In this document: in pieces, positions 29,567-41,300 of the stretch
Layout: every line of letters starts with the position of its first letter
How positions within the stretch are numbered: the stretch's first letter is position 1
Source: a virus
Taxonomy: Duplodnaviria > Caudoviricetes
Direction: 5' to 3' (one strand)
Length of the DNA: 62,394 nt
Virus record (IMG/VR): IMGVR_UViG_3300013132_000054
Location: 1 to 62,394 of that record
Made by a program: the position numbers and the translations under genes
Notes under the pieces: model-generated
Database searches by the model: none
Told to the model about the DNA's origin: nothing
What the model saw: only the letters and a program-made list of their open reading frames with translations

Positions 29567-30940
29567 TTATACTTGTTGTTGTTTTCTTTTCTCCATAACT
29601 TCCTTAATTCTGTCCTTTTTTTGCTGCTCTCTGTTTTCTTCTAATCCCAAGAAAGTAACAGAACTTTCAGTGTCAATTTCCATTAACTCATTATTAAATT
29701 TACAATTCTCAAAAACAATCCCGTCTTTACCAATACGTGATTTTGTAATTGCAATTGTTGCCAAATTTAATTCTTTTTGTTGTAAAGTTTTAGCAATTGT
29801 GATAATAACGTGACCAACTTGAGCCTTCTTAATTGACCCACCCATTTGGTCGGTAGTAACAACCTCTGACGAGATTGAGCTTCTATTACCTTGTGTTGCC
29901 GTCCATCCTGCAATATGTAATTCGTGACACATCGCTTCAAATGCTCTCATAACCGAACCCTCACTTTTCCATTCGTCTTCCAAAGATTTTTCAGGAGTTA
30001 CACAATCAATATAATCTAAAATAACCACATCAATATTAATTCCATCAGCAATCATTTTTCTTAATTGATTCTTAATTTGATTCATTGTTAAAGTATCAGA
30101 TGGAAGTTTTTTAAGGATAAGTTTGTTTTCCATCTTATCCTTAATTTCCTTCACTTTCTCCAATACCTCTTCTTTATGTTCTCCCAATCTGTCAGGTGCA
30201 ATTCCTGTCCACATAGTGAAGTGCTTTCTTTGGATAATCTTGGGGTTATCTTCAAAAAAAATCTGAAGAACATTAAATCCCATATTGAAAGCGTGATTGG
30301 CAATTTTAGATGTTACGGTTGTCTTACCTACACCTGTTGGTGCCAATATCACACCGATTTCACCCTTCGCCAATCCACCTTTAAGTAGGTTGTCAATTCC
30401 TGGTATCCCCATCGGGATTGGGTGTCTGTAATCGTCAGATAATACATCATCAAGATTTTCAAACACATCCCCAGTCCCCCTATCAACTTCTCCCACTTGT
30501 AAAGCCCCTCTTACCATTTCTTCAAGTTGGTCGTAGTTTTCAAACTCACCTGAATCAATAATTTTTTGAGCTTTACCCATTACCTTCTGTAACTCTTGTT
30601 GTTTACAGAATTTTAATGCTTTTTCTTGGACAAATGTTTTACCTTCATCAGGTGCGATTTTAATCTCACCTATTGTGTCCAATACAATTTTTCTTGCTAA
30701 TTCTTGTGAAATTTCACTTTTTGCAATTTGAGACAGAGTTTCAAAATTAGGACTAGCTTCGTACTTTGAGTAGTATTCTTTAATCATTTGGATAATGATT
30801 TTATAATACTTGTTTTCAAAATAACTATTCTCCACTACCTCCACAATTGAATGTGCGAAGTCCTTATCTGTGATGATTTGATTCAGTAATTGTAACTGAA
30901 ATGTTTGTCCTAAATAATCAAAATTCTTGTCTGTACTCAT
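29567..30940 (-). CDS. Replicative DnaB-like (T4 gp41-like) helicase
   Basis: Walker A APTGVGKT, ILDYID, TATQGNR, KSRIG. Confidence 0.92.
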   Translation of the reverse strand: MSTDKNFDYLGQTFQLQLLNQIITDKDFAHSIVEVVENSYFENKYYKIIIQMIKEYYSKYEASPNFETLSQIAKSEISQELARKIVLDTIGEIKIAPDEGKTFVQEKALKFCKQQELQKVMGKAQKIIDSGEFENYDQLEEMVRGALQVGEVDRGTGDVFENLDDVLSDDYRHPIPMGIPGIDNLLKGGLAKGEIGVILAPTGVGKTTVTSKIANHAFNMGFNVLQIFFEDNPKIIQRKHFTMWTGIAPDRLGEHKEEVLEKVKEIKDKMENKLILKKLPSDTLTMNQIKNQLRKMIADGINIDVVILDYIDCVTPEKSLEDEWKSEGSVMRAFEAMCHELHIAGWTATQGNRSSISSEVVTTDQMGGSIKKAQVGHVIITIAKTLQQKELNLATIAITKSRIGKDGIVFENCKFNNELMEIDTESSVTFLGLEENREQQKKDRIKEVMEKRKQQQV

Positions 30941-30967
30941 AAGTGTCTGTTGGTTTTTTGATAAATA

Positions 30968-31420
30968 TTAGCGAGCCAAGCGAACACCCATATAATCTAA
31001 AGTTAAATTTTTTGATGAAAAAACTTCAGTTAAATTTCTTAACAAATCTTTCAATAGGAACCTAACATCCACAGTGTACCTTACTTTTGGTGGGTAAATT
31101 TTAGCATCAAATTGTCTGTGGTGAATAACTTCCCCATCAATTTTAACATAGATATTAAAGTTTTCAGGTCCGTCAGTAAAAGAAGTTTCCATCACTTGTG
31201 GGTCTTCTGCAATCTGAAATTCGTTCTCAAGCAAATAGTCCACAGACCTGATTTTCAAATATCTTTTAAGGTCTTCTGAAAAGTCAAAAAGTTCATAGTA
31301 TACATCCATAGAATTTTTTGACTTGGGGTTAAACCCGCGAACGTTGTAAAATCGCTGTACAACGATGTTTTCATTTAGAGTTAATAAAAACTCCATTTTT
31401 GTCATTTCATTTTGATTCAT
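30968..31420 (-). CDS. Hypothetical protein
   Basis: 150-aa ORF within the replication operon. Confidence 0.6.
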   Translation of the reverse strand: MNQNEMTKMEFLLTLNENIVVQRFYNVRGFNPKSKNSMDVYYELFDFSEDLKRYLKIRSVDYLLENEFQIAEDPQVMETSFTDGPENFNIYVKIDGEVIHHRQFDAKIYPPKVRYTVDVRFLLKDLLRNLTEVFSSKNLTLDYMGVRLAR

Positions 31421-31423
31421 TTT

Positions 31424-32428
31424 TTATTTGTTTTTTGGTTTGTTTTTTTCTTTTCTGGTTAATTTCATAAATGGTTTAAGGAAGTATGTCCAAGCATCAT
31501 CACTTTTTGGTAGATACTTAAATAATCCATCTTCAACCATATACTTGATAATGTTTCTGTAACTTCTACCTTCTTGTTCTAATGTTTCATTAACAATTTC
31601 GGTAATTTCTTTTTTGTCCTCATCGGTGAGGAGAGGGTTTGATAAATCAACAATTTGTTCATTAACTTGGAAAAATTCGTTTTCAAATATACCTGATTTT
31701 GTTTTACCTGTTAAAAGATTTTTTAAAGTTTGGTTATCTTTCTGTTCCTTTAATAAACCTTCAGCCTTTGTCAAAATATCGGTATAAGAAACTTCTTTTT
31801 CAAGTATCTCGGGAAAAAATTTTACTAAAGTTTTTTCACCCAAAAGATAGATGCCTTCAATATTATCAGATTTATCACCTGTCAATATTTTTAAAGTTTT
31901 AACATTATAATGAGGGAATTCAAAATCATCAAATTTAATCTTATCCCCGTGTTTAAATGTTGATTTAAGTGAAGGTGAATATATTGATACATTTTCCGAA
32001 ATAAGTTGGGTTAAATCCCTATCTGAAGAAAAAATCAATTTATCTTCGTTTTCAGAAACTTGACAATAATACGCAATTAAATCATCAGCTTCTCTGCCAC
32101 TCACTTCAAGTTGTCTGATGTAAACTTCTTCAAGATATTGTTTGATACGATTTTTTTGTTTTAGGTAGGACATAAAGACTGCGTCCTCCATAGTCAATCT
32201 ACGATTTTGTTTGTACTTGGGGTAAAGAATCCCACGTAAACTTGTGGAATCTTCACCATCCCAAAATACAACAACTTTGTCAAAATTTTGTTCGTCAATG
32301 AACTTACGGAGCGTATTCATAAAATGATATAACGCCCCGATATGTTCACCATTATGAAAGTAATCTTTCACCCCGTGGAAACCAATCTTCATCAGATTGT
32401 TCCCGTCAACAAGCAATGTTTTTTTCAC
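31424..32428 (-). CDS. 5'-3' exonuclease / flap endonuclease (T4 RNase H-like)
   Basis: LLVDGNNL, YPKYKQNR, EADDLIA, SSDRDLTQL, GDKSDNIEG. Confidence 0.93.
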   Translation of the reverse strand: MKKTLLVDGNNLMKIGFHGVKDYFHNGEHIGALYHFMNTLRKFIDEQNFDKVVVFWDGEDSTSLRGILYPKYKQNRRLTMEDAVFMSYLKQKNRIKQYLEEVYIRQLEVSGREADDLIAYYCQVSENEDKLIFSSDRDLTQLISENVSIYSPSLKSTFKHGDKIKFDDFEFPHYNVKTLKILTGDKSDNIEGIYLLGEKTLVKFFPEILEKEVSYTDILTKAEGLLKEQKDNQTLKNLLTGKTKSGIFENEFFQVNEQIVDLSNPLLTDEDKKEITEIVNETLEQEGRSYRNIIKYMVEDGLFKYLPKSDDAWTYFLKPFMKLTRKEKNKPKNK

Positions 32429-32438
32429 TGAAAACTAA

Positions 32439-33431
32439 TTAAAATTGTTCGTTTTCAAAAGTTTCTTCAGATTCATCAAGAGTGATTTCTCCTGTTCCTG
32501 AAAGAATTGCGTTCCAATATTGGGAATACTCTTTTTTGTATTTTTCAAGAGCGTCTTTATCATCAGCAATATATCCTTGTGGTGTTGCAATAATCTTACC
32601 ATCCTTATATCCTAAACCATTAATATGGTTCTTTAAAACTGATATTTTAGTTCTGATAGCGTAAGATACCGTTCTACCATTTTTAGTTGCCGTAATGTGA
32701 TTAATTCCGGCATTTTTCTGATTACCAAACAAGAATACAAGTGCCGATGCTAACCAAAGAGCCTCACCCCCTTTTGCTTTAATTGTTGGTTGTCCAAATG
32801 GATTATCAGGTAGTTCAACCCAAGGTTGGTTAACCACTACCATTGTATTGTAATAAGGATAATCTTCTTTCTTTGATTTTGTAATACGAGCGTGAACACC
32901 CATACCAATTTTATCCGCCAATACAGATGCGTTATGTTGTTTACCACCTTTACCATCAAAGGTCATTTTACAGGGTATAGAACCTACAGAGTCCCACAAG
33001 AAACAAAGTGAATAAGGAATATTCCCTTTCTCTTGTTCGTCCAATATTTCATTAATATAATCCGTTACTTGCTCAATGTAATCAAAATTGTCGTTAAATA
33101 GGAATTGTCCATCCCATTCTCCGTCAGTCATTTCGGCTTGTAATCCCAATTCTACTGCGTGGTCCCACGACCATTTCTTTTCAGTAATAATGAAAACGGG
33201 TAAATGCCCCTTCTTCTGTGCCGATACAGCAGCTTTAACAAGAGCCGTGGTTTTCGAAGAGTTTGAATGACCGAGGAACATATTGATGTTACCCAAAGCA
33301 GGACCAGGTATACCACAAGCACTATGGAACGCTTCATCCACTTCATAAAACTCCGTGTCTTTGTATTTAGTTTTCGTAGAATACTTGTTCTTGATTGCAT
33401 CTAATGAAAATTCTTTTTTCTTTATCGCCAT
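32439..33431 (-). CDS. RecA/UvsX-like recombinase
   Basis: Walker A-like GHSNSSKTT, ITEKK, WDSVGS, VVNQ, KGGEA, KNH. Confidence 0.85.
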   Translation of the reverse strand: MAIKKKEFSLDAIKNKYSTKTKYKDTEFYEVDEAFHSACGIPGPALGNINMFLGHSNSSKTTALVKAAVSAQKKGHLPVFIITEKKWSWDHAVELGLQAEMTDGEWDGQFLFNDNFDYIEQVTDYINEILDEQEKGNIPYSLCFLWDSVGSIPCKMTFDGKGGKQHNASVLADKIGMGVHARITKSKKEDYPYYNTMVVVNQPWVELPDNPFGQPTIKAKGGEALWLASALVFLFGNQKNAGINHITATKNGRTVSYAIRTKISVLKNHINGLGYKDGKIIATPQGYIADDKDALEKYKKEYSQYWNAILSGTGEITLDESEETFENEQF

Positions 33432-33460
33432 AAATGTCTATGCGTTTTAATTGTTAGTAT

Positions 33461-33505
33461 AAAAATAAAAAAGGATGGACACTTTGTCTATGTTAGTGTC
33501 CATCC
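33461..33505 (-). terminator. Intrinsic terminator after the SSB gene
   Basis: 11-bp stem ggatggacact...agtgtccatcc followed on the minus strand by T-tract. Confidence 0.75.
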
Positions 33506-33512
33506 ATATAAA

Positions 33513-34358
33513 TTAGAATGGTAAATCACCATCTGGTTCATCACCAGCTTGTGGGTCAGCATATGATGAAGAACCTCCACCCATACTCATTTCCGCAGAT
33601 TCACTGTTACCGTAAACATAACCACCTTTGTCAGAATCCCATCTTGGAGTTTCTCCACGAGCAATCGCTTCAAGATATTCAGTTGGTTTTTTAGAGTAAA
33701 CATCTCTCCAAGTTAATTCGTCATTAACCCAAGATTTACCTGTTGTTTCATCTGTGTGGATTGGATTTGCATCATCATACATAACTGTTTGGATGATTGT
33801 GTATTCCTTACCTTTAGGAGTTTTTGCTTTAGCCAACTCAATGATAAGGTCACGTCCTTTTTCAGGGTCAGTGATATCACCTTTAGCTTTCCAAATTGGA
33901 ATGATTTTGTCAAGAACACCTTCGTTCTTATAGTTGTGTTTGAAACGCCAGAACTTTGGTCCGTCCGCTTCATTATCACGGTCAATCACTTTAACGATGT
34001 AGAATTTACGAGCTTTGTACTGTTTGGCAAGTTCTTTGTCAGAATCTTTACCTGTACTGATAAGTGCATCGTGAACATCTGTTAAAGGTGATGTTTCGTT
34101 GTCATTTTTCCCTGGGTCATACAACTTGTTCCATTGTCCACCGATTTGAACTTCGTGAAACCACGCTTCAACAAATGGTGAACTACCATCCTTTGTAGGA
34201 AGGATACGAACTCGTTTTTGAGCCGATGATTGATTTTGTGGAAGAATTGCTGCGAAATACTTTTTCATTCGCTCTTCCTGCGTCATTTTACTTGACGCTC
34301 CGCCTGATTGTTTTGATTTTTCGTACTGTGCCAGAACTGAATCTAATACTGATGACAT
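33513..34358 (-). CDS. Single-stranded DNA-binding protein (T4 gp32-like)
   Basis: VRILP...PFVE.WFH, VIDRD, GDITDPEKGRDL, acidic C-terminus ending DGDLPF. Confidence 0.85.
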   Translation of the reverse strand: MSSVLDSVLAQYEKSKQSGGASSKMTQEERMKKYFAAILPQNQSSAQKRVRILPTKDGSSPFVEAWFHEVQIGGQWNKLYDPGKNDNETSPLTDVHDALISTGKDSDKELAKQYKARKFYIVKVIDRDNEADGPKFWRFKHNYKNEGVLDKIIPIWKAKGDITDPEKGRDLIIELAKAKTPKGKEYTIIQTVMYDDANPIHTDETTGKSWVNDELTWRDVYSKKPTEYLEAIARGETPRWDSDKGGYVYGNSESAEMSMGGGSSSYADPQAGDEPDGDLPF

Positions 34359-34392
34359 AAATTATAAGTTTTAAAAAAGTTAATTATTAAAA

Positions 34393-34423
34393 CAAATATA
34401 ATCCAAAATTGTCAAAAGTCAAA
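34393..34423 (-). promoter_or_regulatory. Bacteroidota-type primary-sigma promoter (TTTG-N19-TATATTTG) upstream of the SSB/replication operon
   Basis: caaatata at 34393-34400 and caaa at 34420-34423 on + strand. Confidence 0.6.
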
Positions 34424-35104
34424 TTAGACCTTATATAAATCTTGGTCGTCAGCAGGTGGCATAAATGTTTTCTTAATTTCAGATGGTGAGTAATCCTCTA
34501 CCTCATCGGAAGTTAAAATATATTCATTTTTTCCACTTTTTTCTAAATCCTCTTCTTTATCTTCAAAGAAATCAGAAAGTTTTTGATTAAATGGATATGA
34601 GTCCAAACTTCTTAACTCTAATTTTTCTTCAGGAGTTTTTGGTTTCATTTTATCAACCTTAATTTCAAGTTGATTTATTTTATCAACAATTTGGTCCATA
34701 TCTGCCAATTTAGATGTTAACTCCTCAAGTTGTCCAAACAATTGTCCAAAGTATTCATCTTGTTTTGATTGAATGTCTTTTTGGGAATTTACCAAATCAG
34801 TTATTTCCAATTCTTCAGAACCGTCTTCGCCTCCTGTTTCTTCAGATTCTCCAGTATCATCAATTTTCTCAACATCTGTATCAGTTTCAACATCAACAAT
34901 CTCAGGTTCAGCCGGTGCGGGAGGACCTGCGGGGGCTCCAGGTGCGGGTGGTGGAACATCTGCGGGAGCACCAGGTGCGGGTGGTGGAACATCCCCACCT
35001 GCAGGAATTGGTTCATCTGCGGCTAACGCATCTTGTTCATTAAGATAATTATTGATACTTCTATATCTTTTAATTTCGGAAATAATTTTTTTGTCAATTG
35101 CCAT
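34424..35104 (-). CDS. Acidic, Pro-rich/coiled-coil protein, possibly a scaffold or internal head protein
   Basis: N-terminal IISEIKRY...LNEQ, DVPPPAPGAP repeats, very acidic, central coiled coil. Confidence 0.5.
   Translation of the reverse strand: MAIDKKIISEIKRYRSINNYLNEQDALAADEPIPAGGDVPPPAPGAPADVPPPAPGAPAGPPAPAEPEIVDVETDTDVEKIDDTGESEETGGEDGSEELEITDLVNSQKDIQSKQDEYFGQLFGQLEELTSKLADMDQIVDKINQLEIKVDKMKPKTPEEKLELRSLDSYPFNQKLSDFFEDKEEDLEKSGKNEYILTSDEVEDYSPSEIKKTFMPPADDQDLYKV
34938..34993. repeat. 23-bp exact direct repeat, 33-bp period (DVPPPAPG x2)
   Basis: ccaggtgcgggtggtggaacatc at 34938-34960 and 34971-34993. Confidence 0.9.
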
Positions 35105-35109
35105 TTTAC

Positions 35110-35334
35110 TTATCCATTTAATAATCTTTTAATTCCGTGAGGAGTTTCAACATTAACTCTTTTGTTAACATTCATAGTGTTGTCCACTCTTTCAATAAGT
35201 CCATCTTTCATTCTAACAGTGTAGCAATCTCCACTATCTAAATCACAAACTTCCTTAAATCCGTTTCCAGCGTCTTTTTCAGAATATCTTGTTTTTTTAC
35301 CAAGATAATTGTCTAAAATTAATTGTATGCTCAT
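35110..35334 (-). CDS. Small hypothetical protein
   Basis: 74 aa, CDLDSGDC motif, preceded by TATTTAT at 35350-35356. Confidence 0.65.
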   Translation of the reverse strand: MSIQLILDNYLGKKTRYSEKDAGNGFKEVCDLDSGDCYTVRMKDGLIERVDNTMNVNKRVNVETPHGIKRLLNG

Positions 35335-35372
35335 AACTTTATTTTATATATAAATATACTGATTATTTGAAA

Positions 35373-38300
35373 TTACAAAACTCTTGAGGCTTTAGCTTCT
35401 TTTAATGTCAGTTTAATGTCATTTTTTAAAGCATTCCAAGCATCTTCATTGTCTTTCTTAAAAGAATCAATCTGATTATCTGTCATAGATAACCACAATC
35501 TAGCATATTCTGCAAAAGTATTATTTATGAAATCGTCAGGGATTGTCCCACTTGAAATTTGAGATTCTGTAGGTATTACTAAATTACCTCCACTGAGGCT
35601 ATAATAGGCAGCAATCATTTGTATTGCATTGTCATAACTTTCAAAAGACGCCATTGGTATTGATTTACCTCGTCCATCTTGTTGACAATAATATTCTTTT
35701 TTAAAGAACCTATTTAAACTTCCACCCCAATCCCTATCTAACCTTACTTTACCTGCATTATAATTAAATCCTTTCATCCCAAATGTTGTCGAATCATAAA
35801 TCGTATAATAAACTAACCATCTCACATTTTCATTTGTTATGACCGATAATTTTTGTTGGAATCCAAAAGGTGAGAGTTGGTCTTTTTCTGACGCTTGAAC
35901 AAATTCATAAGTATTAAACTTCGCATTAAGTAGATTACCACAATTAGGATTATCTGATGCGGTATTACTAATTTCTTGAGTAATCGGTTTTGTTGAGCCG
36001 TCTATGTTGTTAGCTGCGGTTGTCGTTGTTGTAATAATACCTTGGTTATTTATTTGAGATGCTGATTTTTCCTCTTGTTTTCTAGTTTCAATAACATCTT
36101 CCAATATTTCCCTAATAGCTCCTTGAACATATGAATCAATGGGTGGCATTGAAAACATTGATTGTCTACTTCCACCAAATGTTGTTTTAAAAGAACCAGG
36201 AGTTATTTGATGTTCAACCTTTGTAATCATATATGTCCCATTAAACATCGGTACGTGTCTTAAATTAAAATACATTAAAGGTTGAATCTGAGCATTTCCT
36301 AAACAAGTTACCGAACATTCATAACTTCTACTTCTGTAGAAATTAAAAAGTGAAGTATTTTGTGTAATTGTTTTTTTACCCGCATACTGATTAAGCTGTT
36401 GGTCTAATGCCGCGGCAGCCTCTTTGGTCATTTTTGCGGGATTTGTGCTAACATTGAATGTTGAAAATATATTTTGATTTCTAATTCCAATGTCGACATT
36501 GAATCCCACAACTCTATTTGATTTTGCATAATCTGTCTTACCTTGTAAACTTTCAATTAGTGGGTTATCGGAAGCTCTTCTTAATTCAAAAGTATCTGAT
36601 TTATATCGGTAATCCTTGTTATTACCCATATCAAGATATGTTGATTTAGTATCGTTATATATACATAAAAATTTTGGTGAACTTTTCCTTGTATCTACAG
36701 CCATAAATGTTCCAAATAATGTATTACCAAATTCAAGTGTTGATTCTACTTTTGGGGTAATTTGGTCAGCAATTTCATTTGCATTATAAAAATTAATCCA
36801 TTGTGGCATCATCATCGTATACATATTATGACCTTCAATAACACCATTAACAAATGTGAATGTACTTGCGGATTTATTTAAACTTTTGAACATATTTTTA
36901 AGTTCAAATGGATTTACAATTATTTTGTCGCCAATATCCCTGCTTGCCCTATCTAAAAATAAAAAATCTTCAAATAAGGTTGTTTCACTATAATCGTTAC
37001 CCGCAATCCACGTATCATTTAATGCCTTGAAATCATCATACAATAAAAATTTCATTTGGTCACCATCATATGAAACTTTTTGAGTTTCTTCTGTTATTTC
37101 TTTAACATTTGGTAATTCATTTCTAGCCTTTAAAAGATAATAATTCAAAACAACATTCATATAATTTTGAGTGTTTCTTAAATAATCTCTAAAATCACTT
37201 AAAAACTTTGTTCCGTCATATGTGTTATCATTATATTTTTGTGTAGCATACATTTTAATCAATGGTGCCAATATTTTAATATTTTCTTCGGAGAATTGAA
37301 CTCTGTTATCCACAAAGAAATCAGTAATGTATGACCCATTATTTGTATAAGCCATTCCAGGAGTATTAGAAAACCCAACATATGTTTGTAATGTTTTCCA
37401 AGTTTCAGGGAACGCGGCTTGAGATTGAGCTAAAGTTGTTGTCCCATTAACTGTTGGTAGTGAATTAATTTCATATTGACCAAAAGTATAAGGGTCTTGT
37501 ATAAAAAATTCGGTAGATAATGCAAAACTATAAAAGGCTCTTTTATTAAATTTAGAAGGATTACCAATTTTAATGAATTTTTCATAATTCATAAACCCTT
37601 GAAAATTAGTAAAAAAGTTATTCAATTGTTTATCATAATTTTCATTAAATCTTGTAATATTATTAGTGTTTTCAGAACCTTCAAATCCAAATAAAAGTTT
37701 AAATAATAATTGAAAATTAAAATATTCTTTATTAGGAGTATTTTTTATTTTATTTACAATTTGTCTTATAGTTACATTTTCTTCTTTCTTTAAGATTTGA
37801 AATTCCCATTCAGATTTACTGAAGTTTAAAAAATGTTCTTCAAATTGGTCTAGTTCTTCTTTTGAAAATGTCCCGAACAAATCTTCAATTGAGGAGTATT
37901 GGTATCCTAGTTCAAATGATGTTTGTAGTTCCTTAGTTTTATAAATTTTTTTCAACCACTGACTTGGTGTCGGTTTTGTGATTAAATTATTATCAAAATA
38001 CCCGTATTGTGAAGTCGCCCAAAACATTCTAGCAGAACCATTAAAAACTGCAGGGTTATTTGGTATTGTAATTTTAGATTTTTTTTGGGTTGAGTTTAAA
38101 CAATCATATTTTGTTTGGTTTATTTGGGAACCAACTGAAGGTATGACATAACTTTTTTTAGTGTCTTTATCATTGTAAACCACTGACCAACTATTAAAAG
38201 TTAATGCTTGTTCAGGTAATGTCTCATCATAATTTTTTTCTAACGTAAATGAAGCGTTTTCATTGTTCATATAAGTAACACTTATTACACCATCCTGTAT

Positions 38301-41300
38301 TTTTTGATTAATTTCTTGACTAGTATAACCAGTAATTAAATTTAATCCTGTAGTGAAAAGAGACATATCATTTATTAATTTTGGATAAAATCCAAGATTC
38401 ATAATTGTAGTATTAACACCATTAACTTCTTGTGTTGTTTGTAATTTGATTTCACGATAATCATTTCCAAATTCACCATAATTAAATTGATATGCTAATT
38501 CAGGATTATTTGTGATTGGGTCATATAAATTGTTTACATCAATGTCCGTCCAAACTTCATCTAAAAAATCAACACCTGTTTCAATGTGGGTCTTATACCT
38601 ATTCCAAACTGAACCTATTTTTAATATAAAAGCATATGGAACTTTATGTAATCCACCAAACTTGGTCATTCCTGCAAATGTGTAATCTAACGGGATTTCA
38701 ACTCCATTATCCCTTGAACGATATTTTTCTCTCAAGGTAGTAATTGGTAGTGAATTAATAAACAGGTAAGCGGCTGCCTTATATGGATGCTTGTCTCCTA
38801 ATTGCCATTTTTCAACTCCCTTTGATATGGCATTTATAAAATAAGGTGTATTAAGCATTGATGTGGTTTGATTATTAGTTAATCCACCTTTGTAATTAGA
38901 ATACGTTAAAAATCCTTCTGTTGTAAATAATTTTGTAGCGTCAGTAAAATTATCGTAGAAATTTTTGAAATTTGTATAATTGGGTTGTATAGGCCCCGCT
39001 TCAGTAAGATATGAAAAATCCGTAACAGGTTTAACTTTATCAATTGACGCATAATTTTCAGTATTAAAATTAGCAACTAAATTTTTAGTATCATATAAAA
39101 ATAAAGTTTTGGATGTATTCATTATACCGTCCGTAGTATTCCCAACACCATAAGCCATTTCATTACTAAACCACCCATTTAACGCAAATGGAAACACATC
39201 CATTAAATTTCTTTCGTTATTTTGTGTTGATTGTAAATACAAAGAAATTTTATCTTCGGTTGTTGGTGACTCCACTGATACTTTCGTATTAAATGTTTCA
39301 TAATCATAAATCACAAAAGGATTGTCAGTTTTGGTTTTAATATAGGGTGTATTAAAATAACCTCTAATATAATTTTGCCAACTTTCTCCTACTCCATTGT
39401 TAGATATTCCCGCCAAGAAATTCAAATACACATTTGAATTAAGATTGTATTGTTTGATTTTTTGTATAAGGTAAGGAGAACCTGAACCTAATGATTTTTG
39501 TAAATTAATAAACTCCGCATCCCCAACGGGCATATATGATTGAGATGAAATAAAAGATGACTTATTAAATCTTTGATAAAAAAATGGTAACATCATTCTT
39601 TCATACATCTCAAAGAAAAATTTAACTTCTTCTTTATTAGCTAAAATAACATTAGATAACTCATATTCTAATGCATTATATGAAGCCCTATTAATTAATT
39701 CTAATTGATTGCCTATAATTTGTGGATTGTTCGGTGGGTTGTCAATTTGTAATCTACCTTTAAGATACTCCTCAACAAATTCAACTTCAGGCCAATATTG
39801 GTATATATAAGCCTTTGTTTTTGATTTAACTGATGCGTCGCCAGGATATCTTAACTCAAATTTTTCACCTTTATCACTATTTGTTTCAACATAATAATGT
39901 GGCCAAGGATATACAGGTATTAAATTTCCGTCAGAACCTTTTACTGAATCTTTAGAATCGGGTGACGGAGCGGTTTTTTCATCGCCTATTACTGCCGCTA
40001 ATCTGTATTTGTTTTGTCTTTGTTCCCAAGCAGCACTATGAACATCTTCCATTAGACGAATAAACCCTTCAGTACTAGCCATTATAACTGCCAACACATT
40101 TCTAATGCTTGGTTGGAATCCGAGCCCTGTGTCCGCTCTACTTATTTTTTCAGATAATGCATCATTTAATGAATTATCAATTAATTTCTTTTTTTCATCA
40201 ATTTGAGCATTTATTTTTTTAATATAACTCTCAAATGAATTTATATTATCTCCTTCAATGATAAATAATGGTGTTGATGATGGCGTAATTCCATATTTTT
40301 GTAATTCAATAGTGACATCTTTTTTTTGTCCACCACTTTGTTGTTTAGTTTGCTGGGATAATTGATTGTTTTGGGTTGTTGTACCACCATTTGTAATATT
40401 TTGTCTTGTAGTTTCAATTAAAGCTTTAACAGGTAATCCAATTAAAGTATTATACTCTAATCTTAATTTCGCAATATCATTAGCCGTGGCAACTTTCGCA
40501 AATCTTTCTTCGTATGTTTTTTGAAAATTTATTTCATTTTCACTTTTAACAACTCTTAAAAAATCATCCACCCCAATACCTATCGGATTTATTCTTGTAT
40601 TTAATAATTTACCATTAATGATTACAGTTCCAGGAGTACCAAATGTGGTGTTTTTCAATAATGATTCTTTGTGTTTTTTTAATCTTTCTTCAATATCAGT
40701 AACCGCCTCTAAAATACCTCCTCCAAAGGCATAATCAGGTTTAAGTTGGTATAGTTTAATTTCCCTATCTTTTAAAATCCAAAAATTATTTATGTCACAA
40801 TATTTCGTAAACCAACTATCCCCACCAACCCTTAATTGGACATCACTTTCATATTCATTAACCAATTTTTTATACCTATCAGTATCGGTTAATGGACTTA
40901 AATCCTGTTGACCAAATGATTGTAATATATATTTTTCTAATTGAGTTAATCTTTCAATCATTTCCTGCATTGTTATTTCAGGAAAATCCAAAGGGATTAA
41001 ATTTTTAGATTTATATTCAGAATATACTTCTTTTATTTTTTGTAACCCTTTTGCTTCATTTAATGTTTGAACATTAGTTCCAATTTGAGATATATTATTA
41101 GTTACGGTTGGTGTTATTGTGTATTTTTTATTGTACATATATGGTGTTGCAAGCGCATGTGACATCATAATACTTGTCAATATATTATACTTAAACGCCA
41201 TAAATTCAGTTTCAATATCGTAGTTGCCTGTAGTTGAATTGAAACTGCAATTAAATTTATTTAGTGTTAACTGTAATCTTGTTGCTTGTCCCAAATATCC

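Noticed and set aside
26140-33431. Introns or inteins in nrdA, nrdB, helicase or recA
   Set aside because: Lengths and motif spacing are normal; no splice or homing-endonuclease motifs seen
34714-35048. Several overlapping ORFs in a locally GC-rich patch
   Set aside because: Explained by Pro/Ala/Gly codons of 34424..35104
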